From the NCBI GenBank assembly GCA_951406725.2, contig OX597817.1, positions 137,144,001 to 137,208,000 of the forward strand: a DNA stretch of 64,000 bases, read 5' to 3'. Positions 14,307-28,290 of this stretch are shown here, in pieces. Both the position numbers and the translations under genes were made by a program. A model generated the notes under the pieces. It was not told the DNA's origin. It saw only the letters and a list, made by a program, of their open reading frames with translations, and searched no databases. Origin of the DNA: Octopus vulgaris (taxonomy: Eukaryota). Numbering within the stretch: the first letter of the stretch is position 1; each line of letters opens with the position of its first letter.

Positions 14307-15579
14307 GGTGAGGAAGCAAAATTTACAATATTTTGAGGCAGGGATTGAAAGACAGTGTATGACCAATTATTTTATTGAAAGTTATGAGAATTTATTTGCC
14401 ACAAGAAAATTTACATAATAGAAAATGTTTTTATTCTATGTGTCCTCCTTCTTTCTCAATAACTGCCTTCACACGCTTCCTGAAACTTGTACAAGTGTTC
14501 CTCAAATAATCGGGAGACAACTTCTCCCATTCTTCTGTAATAGTATCTTTAAGAGAGTCGACATTGCTGTGTGATGTTCTATTGGTAGCATGTTCTAAAA
14601 CGCCCCAAATAGCATAACCCAGAGGGTTTAGATCTGGGCTAGAAGGCGGCCATAAACATGATTCCCAAAAATTGCTAAAGTTGGATTTGCAGAAATCTTG
14701 TATTTTTCTGGCTGTGTGGGCTGGAGCACCATCCTGTGTCCATACATAATTACCATCTGGGTAGTTTGCTTTAAGCCATGGCAATACCTGGTATCTCAGA
14801 GTCTTGTAGTAAGTATTAACATTGATCTTTTCATCAGCTTTGTAGAATTTTATAGGCATTTTCTTTCCATCGGAAGCCACAACACCAAAAGCCATAACTT
14901 GTGCAGGATGTTTTGTTTTGAATGTCCCCTTAACCTCAGCTGTTGATTTTGCAATAAATCTGTCATTTCTGCGGTTCAGAACAGCATCGACAGTGAAGAT
15001 CTTTTCATCTGAAAAGATTGTTACAATGGAGGACTTTTTCTTGAACCATGTAATAATTTTCTTGCACCTCTCCAATCTTTTTTCCTTCATAGCTGTTGTC
15101 AACAAATGTTTTGGTGTTCTTGTGTAAGATTTTAACCTCAAATCATATTTTAGTGCATTTCTAATGGTCTTGTCTACCTCAAGTTCAATTGCCATTTTTC
15201 TCATGGATTTGGTTGGATCCTTTAGGATTTTGGATTTGAGAGCTTTAATAAAAGCTTTGGTACGTTTTTTGTTGATTCCTCCACTTCCTCGTAATAGTTT
15301 TGCTCATAGTCATTCTATTCTTTACATTCTAAACAGTCTTTATGGACACTCCAACTATCCTTGAAATCTCCTTTGGTGTGACGAGTGCATTCAGCAAATC
15401 ACACACTCTTTGACGTTTGCTTTCTTGATTACTCATATGGGCAAAAGTTTCTGAAAGGGTAAGGATAATAGTGTTAGGTATGAGTATGACATCAGTATAT
15501 GCTAGGTTTCAAAACAATTGACTTTGTGCCTCCCGAGAAAAAGCAACTTAACGTTCATTGTAAATTTTGCTTTCTCACC

Positions 15580-15582
<3 letters not shown>
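14304..15582 (-). mobile_element. Tc1/mariner DD37D (maT) DNA transposon, full length, inactive
   Basis: 26 bp TIRs cagggtgag(g/a)aagcaaaatttacaat with one mismatch; inserted at TA within (TA)n. Confidence 0.92.
14431..15436 (-). pseudogene. maT transposase pseudogene
   Basis: ATG at 15436 (MSNQESKRQRV), premature TAG near 15329 and a frameshift near 15285. IFSDEK, QDGAPAH and WPPSSPDLNPLGY, with 37 residues between D2 and the third catalytic position, which is G instead of D. Confidence 0.88.
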
Positions 15583-15659
<77 letters not shown>

Positions 15660-15772
15660 CCGGAGATAAAAAATCCAAGGTTGTGAAGGATTTCAGAACC
15701 TGTTTGCATTCCTCCACTTAACTCTTTCATATCTTCCCTATAATAACCATTACTTGACCATTTTCTCGCACC

Positions 15773-15819
15773 GTCTCTGGTGAAAGGATATATAAAATAT
15801 CCCGAAACAGCTGTAAGAC
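15773..15819 (+). ncRNA. Minimal type I hammerhead motif with A6G change, inside a fold-back (15670-15861)
   Basis: gtct CTGGTGA a-aggatat-ataaa-atatccc GAAA cagct GTA agac; stem III palindrome ACAGCTGT. Confidence 0.65.
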
Positions 15820-15984
15820 CTCTTTATAAATGTTCTGAAAACTTTCACAGCCTTGGATTTTTTTCATCTCATTCTGTTAATTTACATATATATATATTTC
15901 ATGTAATGTTTTTATTAATCAATTAAAGGAGTCGCTTGATACGGCCGAAATGAATTGACACCTGTACATTTTCGTTAACCCTTT

Positions 15985-16050
<66 letters not shown>

Positions 16051-16058
16051 AATATACA

Positions 16059-16108
<50 letters not shown>

Positions 16109-16293
16109 AATATACATACGTACATACATATATATATGTATGTATGTATATGTATATATATACCTCTCTCCCTCTGTCTCGTATCGTTATCATTTACAGA
16201 CGTATAGTTCTTAGTCATGCGACTGACATTCCGTTCAAGTGTCTCTCAGTCAATCTGTTCAAAGACTGCAACAGGAATATTCAAAACATTACT

Positions 16294-16381
<88 letters not shown>

Positions 16382-17148
16382 TCTCTGACTCACACACGTG
16401 TGTATGTGTCCCTTTTGGAGCTGGCTATGCTCAGAGAGTGCAAATACGAAGAGAAAGCGAAAGGGTTAACTCAACTAGGAATCGATCTGTATTGAACAGG
16501 AATTGCTTTTCGCTACCATATCACGATCTTGTTGGTGCCCCCCCCCCTATGTGTGCCGTATTGCAGAATCAGAAGAATTCTTGGCAATATGTTGTTTTCT
16601 GTTTAGCTTCGCACATTGAGTTCATGTCTTACTGTAATTGTTTAAACGTTCCAGGATCGATAAACTAAGTACCAGCCAAATATTAGTTTGGATGTGGTTA
16701 AGTATGAAACTTTTCAAGAAAAAGAAATGGTGATTTTGTTAAGATTCAGTATATTAGGTTAATGGAAGTTAAGTGCGACGACGTTCACACCTCAGAATTA
16801 TCTTCGAAACATCTACAGCTGGCCGAAACACCTCTCGCACGAACCAATCGATATATAAGAATTAGTGAAACGTGAGGAAAAAAAACCTCACACACACACA
16901 CACATACATTGCATATGCCTGCAATGTGTGTATACACATTGCATGCATACATTCACATACACATACTAGATTGAAAAATACCTCATACAAAAAAACCAAA
17001 AAAAACCAAAGCGTTATATAAGTAAAGATTATTTCATGAAATTGGATTCTGACTTCAACAATGTTTCCTCTAAAGCGCATGCGCTAAAATAACAAAAGCC
17101 AACAAAGATAAAAAAAAACATATATAAAAAGTGGAGCGTAGTCTGTAT

Positions 17149-17500
17149 GCTAACGTAAAGTAGCAGTCCTGTTTAGCCCCAGCAAAACATCTTTTCCAGC
17201 CGGTTACCGACACATCATCTGTATCCGTATACAGCGAGGGCAAGGGAGCTAATGCTCCCCCTCCAGTCCTAGCGATACCTGCAGACGAATGGTTTCCGGA
17301 TTATTCCTTGCACCGAGGAAAGAAAATAACCCAGAAACCATTGCTCTACAGGCATGCTAAGGCTGCAGGAGGAGTATTAGCTCCCTTGCTCACAGTATAC
17401 GGACATAGATGATGTGTAGGCAGCCAGCTGGAAAAGATGTTTTCCTGGGACTAAACAGTAGTAACATCTTCCTAAGCAGGACTGCCACTTTACGTTGGCA
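17149..17500. mobile_element. ~350 bp imperfect palindrome (MITE/fold-back)
   Basis: gctaacgtaaagtagcagtcctg...gcaagggagctaatgctcc is mirrored by ggagtattagctcccttgc...caggactgccactttacgttggc. Confidence 0.75.
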
Positions 17501-18239
17501 AATAAGATTTACTATCCAGTACTGTTATTACATATTTCTCGCTCAGAGATTTAAAGCTAAAACGTGGGACCTTTTCGTTCAGCAAAGAATATTTTCTTCT
17601 GAATATAGAATGAATCTGTCTCTTGCCATGAAAAATTTACCAAATCTTCATTTGCTTTTACTCTTTTCCTGGTTTCCATTCTATAGGTAGTTGCCAGGCT
17701 GGAGTAACGCCTTCAAGTATTTTAGTCAATCATCTCAACCTCTGTAACTATTTCAAACTGCTATATATTTCATCGAACTCTATTGTCGTTCAGCTATGTC
17801 ACACATCATAAAGAGACAAAACAAACGCAAATAAAACAACACTGGTTCGTAAACCAGTGTTGTCCCCACCTTCACACACGTACACTAACATACACATAGA
17901 CACGCACAAACACACATGCACACACCACACACACAAAGTATACGCACATACACACACGCACACGCACACATGAAGAAAATGTTATCAAAGTGCTTAAGGT
18001 TATCGGGATAAAACCCTTCAATAAGAAAACGGAGCGACAACCATTTACGCCAAACGATTGGAACAGAAGAGAAGAAACACCATGGCCACCTTCAACAGTC
18101 CAAAACCAGCCGAATAAGCTAATGCACGAGGAGGGATCATATCAGAATGTAGCAACCGAAGACATACGATTGGCTTAAGAGTATTGGATTAAAGGTAGAG
18201 ATGTGTCTGTATTTCAAAATGTACAAAGAGTTACAAGAT

Positions 18240-18500
18240 CAATGCCACAGAAGTTTCGTTGACCATATTGATTACTATTAAGTTGACATGTTCTGAAATG
18301 TAACCATCCATACCGAGAAAATCCAAGTCGGACATCAAAGCTGATCAAATACAAAGACTTGGAGATCGAAATGATTAGGGATGTGGAATATAAAGACTGA
18401 AGCAATAACTAGTGGTCACTGGAACTCTAGAACTCGCGAAGAAGGGAATGGAAAAGATTATTAAGCTTATCATGGTTTAGGAGGTCCTGGAAAAGTACTT
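18240..18500 (+). mobile_element. Degenerate R4/Dong REL 3' fragment
   Basis: Reads KYKDLEIEMIR/MWNIKTEAI across frameshifts. Confidence 0.55.
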
Positions 18501-18590
18501 GTAATATCTGAGACGCAACGGAGAGTGCGGTCAGTCACCTAACTTCTTTCTCACAGTGCCACATGCGAACACTTTAGATTTGGCACTCCT

Positions 18591-18945
18591 GGCACTCCGT
18601 CGGTTACGACGACGAGGGTTCCAGTTGATCCGATCAACGGAACAGCCTGCTCGTGAAATTAACGTGCAAGTGGCTGAGCACTCCACAGATACGTGTACCC
18701 TTAACGTAGTTCTCGGGGAGATTCGGCGTGACACAGAGTGTGACAAAGCTGGCCCTTTGAAATACAGGTACACAAGAAACAAGGAGAAAGAGCGAGAAAA
18801 AGTTGTGGTGAAAGAGTACAGCAGGTGTCACCACCCCACCTGCCGGAGATTTAGATGTTTTCGCTCAATAAACACTCGCAGCACCCGGTCTTGGAATCGA
18901 AACCGCGATTTCGCTGCCCTAACCACTGGGCCAATGCGCCTCCAC
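18591..18945 (-). mobile_element. tRNA-derived SINE family C
   Basis: Minus-strand head gtggaggcgcattggcccagtggttagggcagc...ggtttcgattcc (A and B boxes); second copy at 19190. Confidence 0.8.
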
Positions 18946-19189
18946 TGATTTGGCACTACAGAGTATAACACAGGAAGCACAAAGGAAGAACAATAACAAC
19001 AGCATCAGCAACAGTAAGGGAGGGGAAATCAGTTGAGTGTAAGACGAAATACTTTGGGGTATGAACTTCCAACCCTTTAGGTGTTGTGTTCGAATATCAC
19101 CAAGTCAGCTGATTTTTGTTCAACTCAATTAATTCATTATTAGACACTGGATCAATATAAACGACTATAGAAATTATAAATAAAACGTG

Positions 19190-19564
19190 ACACTCGGTCG
19201 GTTACGACGACGAGGGTTCCAGATGATTCGATCAATGGAACAGCCTGCTCGTGGAATTAACGTGCTGAGCACTTCACAGACACGTGTACTCTTAACGTAG
19301 TTCTCGGGGAGATTCAGCGTTACACAGAGTGTGACAAGGCTGGCTCCTTTGAAATACAGGGACAATAGAAACAGGAAGAAAGAGTGAGAGGAAGTTGTGG
19401 TGAAAGAGTACAGCAAGGGTTCGCCACCACTCTCTGCCGGAGGCTCGTGGAGCTTTAGGTGTTTTTCGCTCAACAAACACTCACAACACCCGGTCTTGGA
19501 AACTAAACCGCGATCCTACAGCCGCAAGACCTCTGCCCTAATCACTGGGCCATTGCGCCTCCAC
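19190..19564 (-). mobile_element. SINE family C copy
   Basis: Colinear with 18591-18945. Confidence 0.8.
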
Positions 19565-19890
19565 AATAAATATATTTATTGATTTCTAAAAGTTGATTGA
19601 TTATCAGGTTTAGTGAATTGATTGGAAGATTGATTAGAGTGATGGAGAAAATCCTTTTGGTATTTAACTTACGTTCCTTTATGTTCTGAGTTCAAATCTC
19701 ACCTTGGTCGACTTACCTTTTATCCTTACGAGGGAAATAAAATTAAATTGGAATTGTGTGGATCAATGTAATCAACTCTATATTGTCCCTCCCTTAAAAA
19801 CTCAGGTATTGTGCCGTTATCAGGAAAGATGTCTATCATCACTCAATTCTTTATTCATTAATCATTTGATCATGTCTATACTTGTATAGA

Positions 19891-20056
19891 TCGTATTTTA
19901 ACGTGTATAAGGAACCCTTTTTTGTCTAAATTTAGGTTTAAAAAAAGTATGGGAGTTTCTTATATATGGATAGTATTATAATCCCTTACAAAGCCTTTTT
20001 CCCAAACTAAGCCGCCCCGCCAAATTAGGGGATTCCTTATATACGTTAAAATACGA
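19891..20056. mobile_element. 166 bp MITE (pogo/Tc1-like ends)
   Basis: 24 bp TIRs tcgtattttaacgt(g/a)tataaggaa. Confidence 0.7.
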
Positions 20057-21162
20057 TACTTCTTTTATATCCTCATAAATCCATTAGAGAAGATTTTAGA
20101 TTTACGCACTGAAGAGATTTCGTGATGTTCATACATTTACTAACAGTATTAACTGCGTTAAAGAAATGGCAACAAACGAGAAACAGAACAAAATCATTCT
20201 TTCTGTCTTTGTCTCAAGTCTGTGGATCTCATTCCAATTTTCTGAAATATTTTCATTGGTTGTTAATTTACGAGAACCGAATAAAGAAAACTAACAATTC
20301 TCTTTAAAAATATATTTTGCTGGTCGACACAAGAGGCGTAGCAAATGTATTATAAAGCTAGCATTGTTTTTTGAATAACTAGTTAGGTGGCTGTGTAACA
20401 CGTGACCTTCTCAATAAAAAATAATAATAATAAAAGAAGCTGGCTAGATTATTCAAGCAAACTAATACGATTTCGTCCTCTCTCGTAAATATTGTGACGT
20501 TAACATGTCTGAACATACGTTTGTATAAGCTGTTTCCGGGCACCCCATCCGTGGGAAGATCCCGAATGCTACAGCTTGAATTACAAAAATACTTGTCTTC
20601 TCAGCTAACCTCCTTCCCAGTGCTATCTATACAGGACGCCATTTTCAAAATGAAACACTTCCGGTCTGTTCGTGCTAAATCGCTCCTTGTGTGCTGAGAT
20701 TGTTCTATTGAGGATATTAATACTTCAAATGTGCTCGTTTGAAACTAATTCAGAAAACTGCTTCACTAATCTCTCTCTTTCTCTCTCTCTCTCACTCTCT
20801 CTCACTCTCTCTCTCTCTCTCTCTTTATCTATCTATCTGGGCGAACTATTTTCATATTCATCCATATTTTCATCACATTTATTCCACTTATTATAAAACT
20901 ACAATGTGTGTTTAAAGCTTGTCTTGTTTCTATATCTTCCTTGTGCACAATTAGTTCCCCACTTCCATCACTCATCACTGTTTGTGTTGTCAATCATGCT
21001 GACGTACAAGTTTTGGCTAAAGCTTTTTCAAACAACTTGGTATTTGACTGATGAGGGAAAGTAACAAGGTGTTTAACATCAATTTATACTATAGTGCTCT
21101 TAATATATTTTGTTATATTATTATTATTATTATTATCATTATTATTAATATTATTATTATTA

Positions 21163-21204
<42 letters not shown>

Positions 21205-21215
21205 TTATAATTATA

Positions 21216-21268
<53 letters not shown>

Positions 21269-21269
21269 A

Positions 21270-21730
21270 CTACACACAACAGATTAGATTATTGAAAAAA
21301 ATTCCTAACATCGGGCTACAAATAAACTTAGATACCAAGAACCCACCTTAGTATCCTAGCTGTCCCCAATAACATTGTTTTCTGCAGCTGTACTAAATTT
21401 AGTTTTATACCTATTTCCTCTATCCACCCGTTCAAATCTTTAGGGATAGTTCCTAATGCCCCTATAACTACTGGGATACATTTTACCCGCACTTTCCATA
21501 GTCTCTGTAATTTAATGGCTAGGTCCCGGTACTTTGCTATTTTCCCTAAACCACTCATATTGACTTTCACATCATTTGGGACTGTAAAGTCAATTATCTG
21601 TTGCTTTCTATTATTCTTGTCTACTACTACCAAACCAGGCTTCTAGCTTCTATTACTCTGTCAGTCTGAATGTTAAAATCCCACAACGTCTTATATTTCT
21701 TACTTTCTAGTACTTTACTAGGTTCATATT
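21270..21730 (-). mobile_element. R4/Dong 3' REL fragment between (TTA)n arrays
   Basis: YEPSKVLE...LWDFNIQTDRVIEAR and KIAKYRDLAIKLQRLW...PVVIGALG; a different subfamily from 9254-13345. Confidence 0.8.
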
Positions 21731-21736
21731 CATTAC

Positions 21737-21788
<52 letters not shown>

Positions 21789-23456
21789 GTTGTTGTTGTT
21801 GTTATTGTTATCCACTATGTGAGGTTCGATGTTTCTTCTTCTCATTATTATTATTATTATTTGTATTACATATCATATCATTATATAATGAATACTAACT
21901 CGATTGAGGGAACAGTTGATTCACTCTGAAAAAGCAATTCATTTGATTAATCCAATCTTATTTTAGACAATTGTATTTTGATAATGTCAAGTGAGAATAT
22001 TACACGACGAAGAGTTTCAAATCTCTTTCTGTCCTCCTTTCTATCTTTCATACACACACGCTCATATACATGCACTTTCCCCGCTCTCTCTCTCTCTTTC
22101 TAGCACATGTTTTTTCTTACCTATCTTCTTTGCTACCACTAGTTTGTTGGAGAGAGAAAGAGAGAGAGAGAGGGAGAGAGAGAGAGAGGTGGGGAGAGAG
22201 ATAGTTTAGAGATAGTAAACAGGTCCATATGATCAAAACCAGTGTGGCATTCTCTTATGTCCACACAATACTGATTTGAAAGAACTAAATCCTTCATGCA
22301 GGGACCAAACTACTCCGTCTATGTGGCGTTTTAAGAATTTCTAAAACAAGCCGTGGCATTTAAATAACTCCAAGCTTTCAGTTGAAACATCAACAAATTT
22401 GAATTTCATTAGTGTCATAAAATTTAGTCCAGGACGAATGATGATGGTGGGAATAATGTGAAATTCCTTGTAGAGTTATTCTCAGAATTTATTTTGTAGT
22501 TTCAGCTAGTTATTTACATGGATCTTATCATGTTCATTCTAGTCACTGAAATATTTCACATGAACTCTTACAAGCTCTGTTGTAGCACAAGGGAACCATA
22601 TTAATCTGATTACCAGCAGAAAACAGATGTTTCTCGTCTTAAATATCATCTCCACCGCTTATCTTCATTTCTCTGATTAATATACCGAGTTGTTTTTTTT
22701 TCTTTTCTTTTTAACATAGGACAATTAAATTTTGGTTTTCACACCAAAATCTCTATTTCTTCACTGAATATATATGATAGTGTACTGAATTGACGGCACT
22801 GCCATGTCAAACATAGAAAACTGGCCTAGAATATCTCTGTTACATTCGAAAAGTTTTAAAAGAAAATTATATTGGCATGAAATATATTAAAATATATGAC
22901 AAGAATTTGCAGTTAATGAGTTGGCATAAAGTGTTATTATGTTCATTGAGGATTATTAAAATAATTTTCGACTTATTTATAAATGCAACAAGTGTCAAGA
23001 TATGTAAATTTTATTTTGATTGATGACGACGAAGAACATGGATGTGGTAAGATTGTGCGTCAACTGTGTATACAGTATGGGAAGAATGTTTAAAAAGTTC
23101 GTTTCGTAAACACGAAATCATGGGTTCAATTCCGCTGTACGGCATCTTGAGAAAACGTTTTTTTATTATAGCTTCATGTGGATTCAAGCCTTGTAAGTAA
23201 AATTAGATAAATGGAAACTGTGTGGAAGCCTGTAGTTTGGAAATGTGATTCAAAGGAGCAGCCTTGCTACACACTTTTTCGCAGCGATTCTACCTTCGAA
23301 TTATGTTAATGGCGTTCGTGTCTGTGGAATGTTAAGCCACTTACACGCCAGATAAAGAGTTCAGTTGATTAAATAACTGAGTGCTCATCATCGACACTGA
23401 CAGAGATCCATTAATTTCCATTTTGCACAATATCTCAATTATACAACAAAATATTG

Positions 23457-23893
23457 ATTTCAAATTTTGTCACAAGGCCAGTAACTTCGAAGGAGAGGGC
23501 AAGTCGATTACATTGACCCCAGCATTGCTGCTTCTTTTATCGAGTCCGAAAGGATGACAGGCAAAGTCAACCTCGGCGGAATTTGAACTCAAGATGTAAA
23601 GACACACGAAACGCCGCTAAGCATTTCGCCCGATGTGCTAACGATTCTGCCAGCTGTTGCCTTAATTATACAACTAAATATCCGTTTCCACTCTAGGCAT
23701 AAGGCCCGAAATTTTGGGGGAAGGGGCCAGTCGATTAGATCGACCCCAGTTCGCAACTGGTACTTAATTTATCGACCCCGAAAGGATGAAAGACAAAGTC
23801 GACCTCGGCGGAATTTGAACTCAGAATGTAAAGACACACGAAATGCCGCTAAGCATTTCGCCCGACGTACTAACAATTCTACAAGCTGTTGCC
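23457..23893 (-). mobile_element. Two tandem SINE family A copies
   Basis: Both end with identical flank gctgttgccttaattatacaactaaatatc. Confidence 0.75.
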
Positions 23894-24564
23894 TTAATTA
23901 TACAACTAAATATCAAACGTCTAATGAGTTCGTGTAGAAGTCCTCCAGAAAGTATAGAAATTATTTTCCCTATAACCATGCAATCAACTCTGATATTAGA
24001 GACATCCTTTACGACTCCGTTTTACAGGCGGGGAAATATATTTGTGCGATATTCATAATTTTCTTTGAAGTTTATGAAACAGCTACAACTAGGACCGAAA
24101 CCTTGCCATATAATTGTCTTATTGAAAGACTACTGTTTCCTTTTCGCTCTTCAGTTTATGCTTCAGAGTGGTGAGGGCATAATTTAAGTAATGAAGTTCA
24201 CTTTTGTATAAAGTGTGTATATATCATAGTGTGAGCATTACTGTGGACGTAGCTGTATGTGTAATGACCAGTGTGTGCGTGTGTAAATACCAGTGCGTTA
24301 GTGTATATCGTCGTCATCGTCGTCGTCGTCGTCGTCCTCTTCTTCCTCCTCCTCCTCACCACCACCACCGCCACCACCACCGCCACCACCACCGCCACCA
24401 CCACCGCCACCACACCAACGCAGTCGAGTTTCTAATTGTTCCAGTGTCATGGCCTTCATTTGAAAACTGAATGAGAGACTGCATCCGGCGCATATGTTCT
24501 CAATAAAATGATGTTAAATATTGGATACAATCCCTTTGTCTGTTTGGAGCGTTGACTGCAGCAG

Positions 24565-24606
<42 letters not shown>

Positions 24607-25125
24607 AGCGACACACAGACAAACAAAAAGACAGGAGGATGAATCTAGACAAACTCTTTACAAGTCAGATAGATAACGGTATTGAAAAAAATTATTTCCT
24701 AAATTAGAACCAGAATAACTATTTGTTGAGGGGGAATATCATCAACGGGATTGGAACCATTAAATGGTTTTTATATTGATATCAGCGCTGAATGTACGGC
24801 TTATTCGACTCTAAATAGCCTTCTGGAAGACAATCTGACCAAACTCATTTCTGTTTTCACATCCATCACCGTTTTATATAAACATGCAAACATACATACA
24901 TACACTCATACTCATATGTATGTAGGTACATATATACACTCATTCTCGTATATTGACACGCAAAAAGACACGTTCGCATGCCACACATACACACACTCAC
25001 GTAGGTACGCACACTCACATAATTGCTCTGAGGACGTGTGTTGAAACTGAACTAACCATTTAATAACCTACAAACCTGGTTACATACTTTGTAAATTGCG
25101 AATTTATTTTATGAAGAATCAATTA

Positions 25126-25658
25126 CGAGGGTGAGTCAAAAAGTAATGCCATTTTGTTTAGGACAGGTATAATTACCAACACAGGAACATATATCATACA
25201 TCAAAATGAAACTGGTCCTCTGTGGATCACGTCCCTGCTTCTCAACATAGTCACCGTTTCTCTCAATAGCAATGTTCCACCTTCGAATGAGAGCATGTAT
25301 CCCTGCCCCGTAAAATTCTGTTGACTGTGCCACTTCTTCACTACAGTTTTCACTTCCTCGTCACTGGAATAATGTTTGCCTCTCAAACCTTCTTTAGTGG
25401 GGCCGAAGAGATGACAGTCTGAAGTGAAAACTGTAGTGAAGAAGTGGCTCAATGAACCGTCAAAAGAATTTTATGGGGCAGCGATACATGCTCTCATTCT
25501 GAGGTGGAACATTGCTATTGAGAGAAATGGTGACTATGTTGAGAAGCAGGGACGTGATCCGCAGATGACCAGCTTCATTTCGATGCATGATACATGTTCC
25601 TATGTTGGTAATTATACCCGTCCTAAACAAAATGGCATTACTTTTTGACTCACCCTCG
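25126..25658. mobile_element. Palindromic mariner derivative made of two inverted transposase 3' ends
   Basis: TA|cgagggtgagtcaaaaagtaatgcc...|TA; ~230 bp arms encode EVKTVVKKWL...GIHALIRRWNIAIERNGDYVEK; the spacer encodes SDCHLFGPTKEGLRGKHY. Confidence 0.88.
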
Positions 25659-26026
25659 TACTTGTCGGTTCTTCTAGGACTCAGTTTTGTTTTTCATTTT
25701 GTTTTTTTTTTCCTGGTGAAAATATGGGTTTGTTCTGTTCGAACAGACTGTCTTTGGCCTCATGCCATCAGCCATTTGTTGGTCATCGTTGGCCATTTAG
25801 AACTTCTATTTTTCTTTTTTGCTCGCAACTTTGAAAATATCAGTCATCATTCCTTCTTTTTAGTATTCTAGTTCACATTTTTAGTCCTAAAATAGACAGA
25901 CACCGTACATATAGATAAGACCCTCACTGCAGAACAAACCCGTTCTAGGAATAAGTTGTTTCCTTTGAAGGGTTACGAATTGAAAGACATTAAAAAATAT
26001 AAAAGGGGAAGAACCTTGAAAATATA

Positions 26027-26445
26027 GGCTCAAGTGTGGCTGCGTGGCAAGAAGTTTGCTTCCCAACAACATGGCTCCGGATTCAGACCCACTGCTTGGC
26101 ATCTTGGGCCTTCTGCCTCGAGTCGACCAAAGCTTTGTGAAAGGATTTAGTAAACGGAAACTGAAAGAAAACCCTCGTATACATACATACATACATACAT
26201 ACATACACACACACATATATATAAGCGTGTGTGTGTGTGCGTGTGTGTTTGGCCTCCACCACTGCTTGACGACTGGCATTAGTGTGTTTACGCCCCCGTA
26301 ACCTAGTGGTTCGGCATACGAGATTGATATAATAAATACCAGGATTAAAAAAATAAGTACACGGGTCGATTCATTCGACAAAAATTCCTCAAAGCGATGC
26401 CCCAGTTTGGCCGCAGTCCAATGACTGAAACAAATAAAAGATAAA
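26027..26445 (+). mobile_element. tRNA-CORE-like SINE family B (resembles octopus OR-type), diverged
   Basis: gtggctgcgtggcaagaagtttgcttcccaac head and atggccgcagtc...gactgaaac-type tail. Confidence 0.75.
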
Positions 26446-28059
26446 AAATAGATAAAAGATATTTAAAAAATATGGTTAAATGAAGCGAAGGAGACTACAT
26501 AGAATTGAATATAGATGGTTATTAATTTTTATAGGTGGAAGACGAGTGGTTATAGTGGATTAAATTTAAAGACAGAAACAGAATGATTGTAGATTTTTCT
26601 GGAGAAAAGTTGACTATCGAGCCATCCTGCTAATAGAAATGTGTATGGAAAGAAAAAGAGTTGCATAATGTCAAAAAGTGTACTGTCAAAAATATAAACA
26701 TAATGATATAATGAATAAAGGAATACTTCTAGCAAGAAAAGTTAGGTAATGTCTTCCAGTGATATAGAAGACACTTGCCGCTGTGGTGACATTTAATAAT
26801 TATCTCTGGTCTAATGTTTAGATGGTTTGCAGATTATTAACATGTTAATAGATCTAAACTATCTAAAAATTTAGACTAAAATATTTACGAATGCCGAGAC
26901 TAAGACAAGCATCTCCTGAAAAACTGGACGATTATGCCACCACTTAATTGATCGGATGTATACTTAACTTTTTAGATAAATCATTCTCATTATATATTAT
27001 TTAACAATATATTTTTGACATCTTGCAACTATTTATCTTTCCATGCTCCTTACCATTTGGCAGAGTGCTTCAACAGTTAGCTGTTCATGTGAAATATTCA
27101 CATTCTCACTACTTCCTTATTTAGCTTTCAACAATTATAGTCACTCATCATCTCATTAAAACAATGATACATTCTCTCTTACTTTATATTTTCAACTCTT
27201 TACCCTTCTATAATCGTTTCCATGTGGTGTACTCTTCTCCCTCGTCAAGATAAAAATTTTTTATATATTTTTATATCCTTCAACATTTTATATAATTTTA
27301 CATCTCTCAGATTTGATGCTCAATGGAATGACTAACCCTAACAATATTAATATAAATTAGTTATAATTAATATATCTTTTATTTGTTTTTGTTTTTAACC
27401 AAGATTGTTTAACTGGACTCTTCACACACCAACAACATATATCTCGGATATATATTACCTGATTCATATTTGTCGTTTGGCCAATGCTTAAGCATTAGCT
27501 AAGCATTAGATTTGGAGTTGTGATGTATTATCATGACCAGAATGTGTGTGTGTGTTCTCATCAGTTTTTAATGAATTGAAATCTTCCTTCTAATAAAGAT
27601 AAAAAGATACAAAGCTTCGCCGTTGCGATTTGGATAACATAGACATATTCACATTTTAAATTTGAGAAATGTCTCGCACACTTTTACTGTTCCGCTTACA
27701 GATTGTAATTATAATATTCGAATTAGCTAGTTGATGTCTTCTAAAAATCCTAGCTTATCCACATTGTCACTTAACCAAGCACACCAACCATTAAGACAAA
27801 AATACTACGTTAAGCCCTTTCTGAGATACATTTGGTTTGAAAAGAAAGCGGATAAAGTATCCTCCAATAAAATATCCTGTTACAAAGGCAAAGGCATAGA
27901 ATTCCACACCTCGTTACAATTATCTATGTGCACCTGGAAACTTCCTGAGCTTCATCTTGTCAGTTCATAGTTTGTCTTGTTTACTTTAAGCAATCAAAAG
28001 TGAAAAGACTTCTTGTTTTTGAGCTGCCTGTATATGTGTGTGTGTGTGTCCGTGTACAA

Positions 28060-28237
28060 GGCGCAGGAGTGGCTGTGTGGTAAGTAGCTTGCTAACCAAC
28101 CACATGGTTCCGGGTTCAGTCCTACTGGATAGCACCTTGAGCGAGTGCCTTCTACTATAGCCTCAGGCTGACCAAAGCCTTGTGAGTGGATATGGTTGAT
28201 GGAAACTGAAAGAAGCCCGTCTTATATATATGTGAGT

Positions 28238-28290
<53 letters not shown>

